DNA of 63,621 nt, counting the filler, from Octopus bimaculoides (lineage: Eukaryota), in assembly GCF_001194135.2 (NCBI RefSeq). It is 5 parts of 5 records of this genome, joined end to end, with 100 filler letters (N's around TTAATTAATTAA, not from the genome) between each part and the next. Parts side by side here need not be neighbours in the genome. Positions count along the whole stretch, not along the records: positions 40,866 to 61,556 come from NC_068997.1; positions 61,657 to 63,621 come from NW_026422964.1; 3 more parts are not named here. One strand, written 5' to 3'. The position numbers were made by a program, and so were the translations under genes. The notes under the pieces are model-generated. The model was not told the DNA's origin. It worked only from the letters and a program-made list of their open reading frames with translations, and did not search any database. Of the stretch, positions 56,968 to 63,621 are shown in pieces. Within the stretch, counting starts at the first letter, position 1. Every line of letters begins with the position of its first letter.

Positions 56968-57968
56968 TCCTCTATTATTGGCACCTCCAACTCTGACTCC
57001 TCTATGTAAATATGTAAATAAGTGATTGTGGTCTATTTTACTGATTCCGACTCCCACAGCCCTGTTTACAACCATCATATAATGTCAGAACAAGGGTTCA
57101 CACACACACACACACAGGCATGACAGGCTTCTTTCAGTTTGTCTACCACATCCAGTCACAAGGTTTTGGTTGGCCGTGGGCTATAGTAGAAGACACTTGC
57201 CCAGAGTACCACTACATCTGAGACCACATGGTTGGGAAGCAGATTTCTCAACCATACAGCTATGCCTGCATCCATTTATACACACATTCACATGGAATGG
57301 TGTAACTCACATTACTGGATCTTAGTTTTGTAGGACATACCACAGAAAATATAACTTATGGATTCAAATATACCATCCAATATATACTAAGTAAACACTA
57401 CACAGTACACCTTTTAAGATTTCATATATATACAGAGAGAGGGGGGGTGTATGTGTCATATTCTAACATATATCTTTTGTTTATCTTCACAGAGTGACTT
57501 AGAAACCTTATTGCGAAACAATGTACTTTGTCTTCGTCCTGATTATATTGCTGCTTACCTTTCAAATGAAGTACTACAGTCACCTGATGAATTTTGTCCT
57601 CCTGAAGTCATTGCTTTAAGGGCCAGGTAACTATAGCTTTTAACCCTTTGCATACACAATGTACCGCCAGGTATCAAACTCACAACCTTACGATCATGAG
57701 CTGAATACCGTAACCACTTTTACCTAGATGTATGTGTATGTGTATGTTATATGCAAAGTGATGTGTGTATTTCACCATTGTAAGCAGGGCTAGCACTTGT
57801 ATAGTTAATGTAATAGGTTGCCAACAGATATTGATTCATTGATATTAATTTTGATTTTTTTTTTTTTTTTTTTTTTTTCATTTAAGCTTGAATCTTCCAG
57901 ATTCTGGGATGAGAAAAAGAAAAACTACCTTAATTGGTGAAGAAGCGAAACGAAACCGAAAACTGTGA
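43854..57968 (+). CDS. TOPBP1: DNA topoisomerase II-binding protein 1 (TopBP1), 3' half only: BRCT6, ATR-activation domain, BRCT7-BRCT8, NLS; 19 exons, ~677 aa
   Basis: Manually spliced exons, all AG/GT with consistent phases: 43854-43922, 44285-44392, 44526-44672, 45125-45208, 46664-46732, 47760-47999, 49033-49097, 50591-50628, 50937-51005, 51412-51496, 51626-51740, 52747-52816, 52952-53094, 53775-53868, 54773-54879, 55572-55694, 56655-56846, 57493-57626, 57887-57968(TGA). Peptides [121 protein letters not shown] match the human TopBP1 C-terminal half as I recall it. Confidence 0.96.
44020..44180 (+). mobile_element. RTE-type 3' tail
   Basis: TTAGGAAGGGCATCCAGC..AACCCATGCC..AAATGATGATGATG. 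Confidence 0.65.
44285..44392 (+). CDS. TOPBP1: TOPBP1 exon [13 protein letters not shown]...VEAVSD
   Basis: ttttag/gtgagt, 108 nt, phase 0/0. Confidence 0.85.
44526..44672 (+). CDS. TOPBP1: TOPBP1 exon, BRCT6 N-part [17 protein letters not shown]...THFIFQ
   Basis: tttcag/gtaagt, 147 nt, BRCT signature. Confidence 0.95.
45125..45208 (+). CDS. TOPBP1: TOPBP1 exon, BRCT6 [28 protein letters not shown]
   Basis: tgcag/gtttgt, 84 nt, BRCT V-S-x-x-W-L motif. Confidence 0.95.
45557..45755. mobile_element. piggyBac-like MITE
   Basis: TAATCCTTTAGCATTCAG ... AGAAGGG|TTAA; homologous to 54374-54605. Confidence 0.6.
45885..46270 (+). mobile_element. SINE (CpG-decayed) with RTE-like tail
   Basis: TTCAGTCCCACTGTGCAGCACCTTGACCAAGTGTCTTCT..TTACCTTGTTTGGAAACAGG..AAATGATGATG. 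Confidence 0.7.
46420..46610 (-). mobile_element. SINE 5' half
   Basis: CTACCAAATC..GGCTATAGTAGAA..GGAAGCAAGCTTCTT..CACAGCC. Confidence 0.7.
46664..46732 (+). CDS. TOPBP1: TOPBP1 exon [23 protein letters not shown]
   Basis: tttcag/gtaagt, 69 nt; cf. human ESLYPHTYNP. Confidence 0.95.
47760..47999 (+). CDS. TOPBP1: TOPBP1 exon [14 protein letters not shown]...KKPDVEN (disordered linker)
   Basis: tttcag/gtgagt, 240 nt open, phase 0/0. Confidence 0.88.
48590..48750 (-). mobile_element. SINE 5' half
   Basis: GGGCTTCTTTCAGTTTCTGTCTACCAAATC..GAAGACACTTGC. Confidence 0.7.
49033..49097 (+). CDS. TOPBP1: TOPBP1 exon [22 protein letters not shown] (AAD coiled coil)
   Basis: tgcag/gtaagt, 65 nt; cf. 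human TLEMRENFQKQLQEI. Confidence 0.9.
49562..49754. mobile_element. piggyBac-like MITE (degenerate)
   Basis: TTAATCCTTTTG ... CAAAGGGTTGA termini. Confidence 0.5.
50591..50628 (+). CDS. TOPBP1: TOPBP1 microexon [12 protein letters not shown]
   Basis: tttcag/gtaact, 38 nt, bridges phase 2 to phase 1. Confidence 0.8.
50937..51005 (+). CDS. TOPBP1: TOPBP1 exon [23 protein letters not shown]
   Basis: ttccag/gtatgt, 69 nt, phase 1/1. Confidence 0.82.
51412..51496 (+). CDS. TOPBP1: TOPBP1 exon with AAD core [15 protein letters not shown]
   Basis: ttctag/gtttgt, 85 nt; cf. human EPSQNEQIIWDDPTAR. Confidence 0.95.
51626..51740 (+). CDS. TOPBP1: TOPBP1 exon [18 protein letters not shown]...QPTNG
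   Basis: ttacag/gtaagt, 115 nt; CPTQ conserved. Confidence 0.92.
51850..52240 (+). mobile_element. SINE (CpG-decayed)
   Basis: GTGGCTGTGTGGTAAGAAG head, CAAAGCCTTATGAGTGG..GGTAGACAGAAAC body. Confidence 0.75.
52747..52816 (+). CDS. TOPBP1: TOPBP1 exon [23 protein letters not shown]
   Basis: ttacag/gtaaat, 70 nt; cf. human TPQAPSI. Confidence 0.88.
52952..53094 (+). CDS. TOPBP1: TOPBP1 exon VLPLSKKL...[11 protein letters not shown]
   Basis: ttgcag/gtgagt, 143 nt; cf. human YIFQLSSLNPQ. Confidence 0.92.
53775..53868 (+). CDS. TOPBP1: TOPBP1 exon BRCT7 [14 protein letters not shown]...CTHLVIG
   Basis: accag/gtaagt, 94 nt. Confidence 0.97.
54003..54220 (+). mobile_element. Second SINE family (GGTCGATAAA-AAGTACCAG central domain), well-preserved copy
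   Basis: GGTGGTGAGCTGGCAGAAACG..GAGTTCAAATTCCGCCAAGGTCAACTTTGCCTTTCATCCTTTCGAGGTCGATAAATGAAGTACCAG..GGCCTTGTGCC. Confidence 0.85.
54374..54605. mobile_element. piggyBac-like MITE
   Basis: TTAA|CCTGTTAGC ... GCTAAAGGG|TTAA. Confidence 0.7.
54773..54879 (+). CDS. TOPBP1: TOPBP1 exon BRCT7 [23 protein letters not shown]...FVQ
   Basis: tttag/gtttgt, 107 nt. Confidence 0.97.
55392..55498. mobile_element. Small MITE-like inverted repeat
   Basis: CTGTGGGTGAATCA ... TGATTCACCCATAG (13/14 match). Confidence 0.4.
55572..55694 (+). CDS. TOPBP1: TOPBP1 exon EAKHEWGS...[13 protein letters not shown]
   Basis: cccag/gtaagt, 123 nt. Confidence 0.96.
55885..56130 (-). mobile_element. RTE-type 3' tail inserted in another SINE
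   Basis: (TCA)n..CATGGGTTGGATGG..GGATGCCCTTTCTAACGCCAACC. Confidence 0.65.
56655..56846 (+). CDS. TOPBP1: TOPBP1 exon BRCT8 [16 protein letters not shown]...DLTT
   Basis: ccttag/gtaagt, 192 nt. Confidence 0.96.
57110..57270 (-). mobile_element. SINE 5' half
   Basis: CAGGCTTCTTTCAGTTTGTCTACC..GCTATAGTAGAAGACACTTGCCC. Confidence 0.7.
57493..57626 (+). CDS. TOPBP1: TOPBP1 exon [23 protein letters not shown]...ALRA
   Basis: tcacag/gtaact, 134 nt. Confidence 0.95.
57887..57968 (+). CDS. TOPBP1: TOPBP1 last coding exon [26 protein letters not shown] (bipartite NLS-like)
   Basis: poly-T...tttaag acceptor; RKRK...KRNRK matches the TopBP1 C-terminal NLS pattern. Confidence 0.9.
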
Positions 57969-58029
57969 TAATGATTATTATTATTGATAATAATAGTAAT
58001 AATGTTAATGTTGTTAGGGAGTTGGCAGA

Positions 58030-59340
58030 AATAGTAAAATGAGGCACTAAAATTGACTTTACAGTATTTAGGCTTGCCTCTCCATGTTCTGGGTTCCTTT
58101 CTTAAGAGAAGTCAACTTTGCCTTCCCTCCCTGTAATATACTCATGTCAGATTAAGTGGTTAAACTCTGTTCCTACAAATTTCTGATCCTGCTGACTATG
58201 GGTTAGGGTTAGGGTTGACTTTGCCTTACCATTCCTCTGAGATAGATAAAATATGGTATGATACCAGTTGTGGTCTGGGAAGTGACAATGAATTTGCACT
58301 CAAGTATTGGGAGAATTGATAAAATAAAAGTACCAATCAAGTATTGGGGTTTGGTTTTATCAATGTATTCCTTCACCCATATTTATATCTTTGTACTTAT
58401 GTTAGAAATTATTGTTATTATTACTGAGGCAGCAAGCTGGCAGAATCGTTAGCATGCTGGACAAAATGCTTTACAGTATTTTGTCCATCTTTATGTTCTG
58501 AGTTCAAATTCTGTAATGTTTAACTTTGCCTTTCATCTTTTCAAGGTTGATAAAATAAGTACTGGTTGGGCACAGGGGTGAATGTAATCAATTTACCCAT
58601 CGCCCTAAAATTGCTGGCCTTGTGCCAAAATCTGAAACTATTATTACTAAGACAGCAAAATGACAGAACTGTTAGCATACCAGAGAAAGTGCTTAGTGGC
58701 ATTTCTTCAGGCTCTTTGCATTCTAAGTTCAAATTCTGAGACAGCCAACTTTACCGTTCATCCTTTCTGGTTTGATAAAATAAAGTATCAATTAAATACT
58801 GGAGTTAATGTAATCAACTAACCCTCTCCAAAAATTACTGGCTTTGTACCAAAAATTGAAACCATGATCTTTATTGTTTCTGCCCCAAGGGTGGCAGGCT
58901 GGTTGAATTGTTAGAGCGTTGGAATAAATGCATTGCTGGATATCTTTTTTTTCTTTGCTCTCTACATTCTGAGTTCAAATCCGGCAAGGTCAACTTTGCC
59001 ATACATCCTCCCAGAATTGATAAAATAAAGTACCAGTCAAATACTGGGGTCAATGGTATTGACTAACCACTTCCCCTCAGAACTGCTGGCCTTGTCCCTA
59101 AATAAGAAATTCTGCCCCAAGAAGGCAGTAAAATGAAAGAAACAATAGTGATATGATCTACTCAAGAACTTTTAGCATTGAGCTTTACTCTCTTTACATC
59201 TTGAGTTCAAATCCCACTACAGTTGATGTAAAGTTTTTTTTTAATTGAGATTAATACCAGTCATATACCGGGGTATATTTTCACTAGACTTTGTATCCCA
59301 TACTCATAAATTTGTGGCCCAGTACTACAGTAAGAACTCT
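58030..59340 (+). repeat. Head-to-tail array of ~6 copies of the second SINE family downstream of the TOPBP1 stop
   Basis: Units of ~215 bp with GATAAAATAA(A)GTAC and GGCCTTGTGCC. Confidence 0.8.
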
Positions 59341-59965
59341 TTATCATTATTATTCATAAGACAGTGGATGGAAGAATTGGTGGAACATCAGACATAATGC
59401 CTTGTGGTATTCAGTCATGTCTCTACATTTTGAGTTGGGATTATTTTTTGAAATTCTTCTGTAGTTGATACAATAAGTGGCTGTCAAATAATACCAGATT
59501 GATTTGATTGACTTCCTATTTATTTTAGACATGACTAATTTTGTGTGGCTGCAAAATCATATTTTTAATGTGTGTAAATAGCAGTTTGTTTTAAAAAATT
59601 GTTTTTAAGAAAATAAAATTTAACGCTTCAAGAATGTTTAACATTTAGCTTAGTAAATATCTTGGGGATTCTTGTTGTTATCTTAATATTTGTAGTGGTA
59701 GCCTTGTTTACCTACCACTCTCTGTATGTATGTATATATATATATATATTTGTGTGTGTGTATTTCTATGTTGTATGTGTATAAATATATGTGTGTGTGT
59801 GTGTGTGTGTATTAATGTATATTTTTATGTCAAGTTATAACAAAAAAAAAACCCAATCTAGTATTAAACTGAATTCAATGCTTTCTGTAATGCACATATA
59901 CTTTCATTGGACATAGGTGAAAACTTCAAAATCACTGTCACCCCTCTTGTTGAAGTATAACATGT

Positions 59966-60185
59966 ATATACATTATTTACATTTGACGGATATTTGTCCT
60001 CACCTTGTTTGTTGTTAACACAACGTTTCAGCTGATATTCCCTCCAGCCTTCATCAGGTGTTTTGGGGAAATTTCGAACCTGGGTTCTCATTCCTAGGGT
60101 ATTTTTTGATGTTATTATTATTCAGGTCACTACCTGGAATTGAAATCGGAATCTTGGGGTTAGTAGCCTGCGCTCTTAACCACTA
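59966..60185 (-). mobile_element. tRNA-headed SINE with hammerhead-ribozyme-motif tail (left arm of palindrome)
   Basis: Reverse complement reads GCCGTAGTGGTTAAGAGCGCAGGCTACTAACCCCAAGATTCCGATTTCAATTCC...(AAT)n...AACAC CTGATGA A GGCTG..CAGCT GAA ACGT T GTGTT. Confidence 0.85.
60017..60062 (-). ncRNA. Putative minimal type I hammerhead ribozyme (Penelope-like)
   Basis: AACAC-CUGAUGA-A-GGCUG[loop]CAGCU-GAA-ACGU-U/GUGUU: 5-bp stem I, 5-bp stem II with one G-U, palindromic ACGU helix III, GUU cleavage triplet; activity untested. Confidence 0.6.
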
Positions 60186-60190
60186 CGGCA

Positions 60191-60420
60191 TAGTGGTTAA
60201 GAGTGTGGGCTACTAACTCCAAGATTCCGAGTTCGATTCCTGGCAGTGACCTGAATAATAATAATAATAATAATAACATCAAAAAATACCTTAGGAATGA
60301 GAACCCAGATTCAAAATTTCCCCAAGTCACCTGATGAAGGCTGGAGAGTATATTAGCCGAAACATTGTGTTAACAACAAACAAGATGACAAATATCTGTC
60401 AAATGTAAATAATGTACATA
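60191..60420 (+). mobile_element. tRNA-headed SINE with hammerhead-ribozyme-motif tail (right arm of palindrome)
   Basis: A-box-like TAGTGGTTAAG, anticodon-loop-like CTACTAA, B-box GAGTTCGATTCC (60229-60240), (AAT)n linker, CTGATGA..GAAA core at 60331-60362. Confidence 0.85.
60326..60371 (+). ncRNA. Degenerate copy of the hammerhead motif
   Basis: GUCAC-CUGAUGA-A-GGCUG..UAGCC-GAA-ACAU-U-GUGUU; ACGT changed to ACAT (CpG-type) destroys helix III palindrome; stem I has a mismatch. Confidence 0.45.
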
Positions 60421-61556
60421 ATTCCTCATCTCTTAAATATAGAACTGTATTAACATATATATATTCTTTATTATTTTGTGATTCAGAATCTAAGTACCTG
60501 ATGTTCACCCTGATGCTAGAAGTGTGTAGAGTTTGATGTATGTTTGGCAAGTGTGTGGTAAACAGGGTTGTATTACATCCAAACCTAGATTTCTTTCTGT
60601 CAGGCTTTCATTCAGCTTTACACATCAGTGGACTAGGAAAAAAATTATTCTTCATTTACTGTTGTTCGGAGGATATAATATGTCCATGTAATGTGTTGTA
60701 AATTTGTGTCTGAACTATTTGTGAAATTTGTGCTTTTCTGATTATTTATTCTAACTATGGTGCTCTCAGTTATCATTTTAGTTGATTCTGTATATACATG
60801 CAAGTTTGTTCCACCTGAATTTACTGCATTGTAATAACATATTCAAATTTAACAATGAGCTGTTAACTGAGCTCTTAATTACTGTGGATATCTCTTTTCA
60901 TGTTTATACACCAATTCTCTGTATATAGATATGTCTTTATAAATTTGTATGTGTGTCTATATATGTATACATAACTTTGAAAACAATTCTTTGTTACAAA
61001 ATGGGTTCCATCAACCTATTTATGACATTGTACCTCTGAAACTGCAACAGTTGTCCAGAATGTATAGAATTTTTTTCTTTTTTAAAAATCATTCATAGTT
61101 ACATTTTCAATTCATATTTGATTGAATGTTCCCCATTTATACAAATATATGACTATGTGTGAAGTGTAAGAATATTGATACTTGTGTATCTGTAAATATA
61201 TGCATGTACCTTCACATATTTATTCAAACCTTGGCTTCTCTGAGTTTTCTGTTCTTTATGATGATGATGACTGCCAAAATATTCTATTTTTGAAAGATCT
61301 CAGGGTTTCTTCATCGTTCATTGATCAGTGGTCCTGTGTGACAAAACATAATATTTATAGCATCTGTTGTTGAGATAAACAGCATGTATGTTTTTTTTTT
61401 TAATATATATATATATATAGTGTAAGAAAGGGAGGGAAGACTTAGTTTGAAATCCATCAATCAATAAACTATAGTATACATTTTAGTACCTTTTTTTTTT
61501 TTATGATCCAAATGTATGTATGCATATATATATATATATATATATACATATATATA

Positions 61557-61656
61557 NNNNNNNNNNNNNNNNNNNNNNNNNNNNNNNNNNNNNNNNNNNN
61601 TTAATTAATTAANNNNNNNNNNNNNNNNNNNNNNNNNNNNNNNNNNNNNNNNNNNN
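61557..61656. other. Artificial 100-bp scaffold spacer
   Basis: N44-TTAATTAATTAA-N44. Confidence 0.95.
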
Positions 61657-62509
61657 GTTTCTCAAACACCGCACACACCACTGTCAACATCTTTACCAAT
61701 GCATACGCCAACATCAACACCATCACAAACACACACACCAGAAACCACTCCACTTTCGTCGTTGCGACAAAACTCAAGTGACCCTTATGTCACTAGATCT
61801 GGTAGGACAGTGCATTGGCCAAAGAAACTGGCAAAGACTATTTACGTTTAACTTATTGTGTTTTATTGGACAATTTCAGTGCTTTCTTATTGAATATTTT
61901 CTTTCCTTTCAGAAAAAAAAATCAGACTTTTACATCGCGTGATTCCAGTTTTCCTGGACAGTTGTCATCACGGTTGTTTTGTCATTGTCTATTTTAGTTT
62001 TCACTAGGTGGCACTTACTGCCCATTTACTTGCATGCCATTTTTTTCCCCTCAATTCTTTTGTACATTGCATGCATGTATCTCACCATTGTACATCATTT
62101 CTTTGATTTTTCTTTATATATATTTGTGCCACATCTTGTGGGTGGTTTCGGTAGCCATCTTGCCTCAGGCGCCACTCCAATTTTCCATTTTCGTGCTTCC
62201 CCACTCGAGGGGGAGCCATGTAGTGGCGCCTAATATCAGTCACCATTCTGGAGAGTTTATCCACGCATGTGCAGGGACTAGTCTTCCAGAGAGGAGAAAA
62301 ATTACTTCTAACCACGCAACTTCATTGACAGCGTCTCATCTAACCAAAAGGCGACATGCTACCGAATTCCCTCCTAGTGTGAGCAGAATTCTACTGTAAT
62401 AAAATATTTATTGTGCTGTTAGTTTAGAGTCTGCGTTCCATTTTCTTCCTTAAGAAATTTAATGTACGGAATTGGGATACACAGGATGGTGTATATCCAC
62501 TTCCCTACA
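61657..62509 (+). mobile_element. 3' end of Ty3/Gypsy LTR retrotransposon (pol C-terminus, PPT, 3' LTR)
   Basis: Frame 61657-61851 ends DPYVTRSGRTVHWPKKL..*; PPT GAGGGGGAGCCA 62207-62218; LTR TGTAG(62219)...AATAAA...CTACA(62509). Confidence 0.8.
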
Positions 62510-63370
62510 GGTCAAAAGAAACGGTAGAAAAGATTACTGAGTCTATAACCATGGATGAAATAACTATGATGTCAGGGTGGAAGGAAGAGTTCCACGTTGC
62601 TTTAAATGTGACCTGAAGGAACACATAAGTGCGAACTGCCCTACACCACCCAAAATAGTAGAGGAGCGACAGCCACCACCACAAGAGAGGAGACAAGAAG
62701 AAGTGGAAAAGGAAACTCCAGAAAGCAAGGAATGGGAAACAGTCATGAGGAGGAAAAAAAGAAAAAGAAAGAATGTAATTGTGAACCCCAACCCACCCAG
62801 TGCCCATCCGCTCCCTTTTCACCTCACCCTCCCCATACAGACACCAAACCTACCCAATCCCCTCCAACAAGAAAACAGAAAAAAATACAAACACACACGA
62901 TGAAAATAAGATTTCCCTTCCCCTGTTTGTTTTGCTTGCGTTATGTATGAGAACGCAGGGGATGACATGGTAAAACGGTTGAACGAGTGGAGGGATATGG
63001 TGGAAGTAGAATTCTAAGATGATGATGGTGAGACTACGATGTGTTATTTGGTAAACAATGATAAAGGCATTGATTGGTGGAAAGTCATCGGCGATAGAGA
63101 CAAGTAGCCGAAAAAGATTAATTATACTAAACTAAAAGAGGACTATGGAATTGAACTGCTAGATTTAATGCATTGGACAACAAAACGGTATCAATGTAAC
63201 CACTCGACGTCGGGGGTCGAGTGAGCATTCCGCCTCATTATATCATCTTTTTCATAATTCATTCTTTCTTTTATTTTGTTTCTTTCTTTATACCTCCATT
63301 TTATAATTTTAGTTCCCCGATTATGTTTGTCCCTTTCTATGTTTAGCCCCTGGTGGGTAATAAAGAGATC
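62510..63370 (+). mobile_element. gag/ORF1-like retroelement, 3' part, no pol visible
   Basis: VRVEGRVPRCFKCDLKEHISANCP (CX2CX4HX4C), basic RRKKRKRKN, T-rich tail ending GTGGGTAATAAAGAGAT. Confidence 0.75.
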
Positions 63371-63621
63371 TTTCCCTTTGTGCGCATGTCTTGATGTTCA
63401 AGCGTTTTGATCTGTGATTTTGGTTTATTTTACTGGTCAAATCGTGTATTGGAAATTTTGTATTGAATTGCGTGTGAAGTTTTTGTAAAAGGCTTGCCTT
63501 ATATAGTTTGTATTAAACTATTGTGGGTTGTCCCCGTGTGGGGAAAACCAACTATGGCAAGTGAAATTTCAGAAGAAACGGAAAGAATCGTCGGTATTGA
63601 ACTCGACGAGTTGGATTTAGA
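63371..63621 (+). mobile_element. 5' UTR and ORF start of next gag/ORF1-like element
   Basis: TCCCCGTGTGGGAAAACCAACTATGGCA matches the leader at 9661-9690; MASEISEETERIVGIELDELDL runs off the window. Confidence 0.6.

Overview
AT-rich, microsatellite- and SINE-dense eukaryotic DNA; the repeat families are typical of Octopus (species assignment is my inference from recall). The window is not one continuous piece: four identical 100-bp artificial spacers (N44-TTAATTAATTAA-N44 at 11224-11323, 34828-34927, 40766-40865, 61557-61656) join five segments. The only confidently identified host gene is the 3' half of TOPBP1 (+ strand, 19 phase-consistent GT-AG exons, 43854-57968, about 677 codons: BRCT6, ATR-activation domain, BRCT7/8, C-terminal NLS); its 5' half is missing. 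The rest is mostly mobile DNA: a Penelope-like element (RT + GIY-YIG), R4/Dong-like RLE LINE relics, RTE and CR1 fragments, Tc1/mariner and piggyBac-type elements and MITEs, gag/ORF1-only elements in tandem, the 3' end of a Gypsy element, and many SINEs. The most unusual structure is a head-to-head palindrome (about 59966-60420) of a tRNA-headed SINE whose tail carries a minimal Penelope-type hammerhead ribozyme motif, 2 kb downstream of the TOPBP1 stop.
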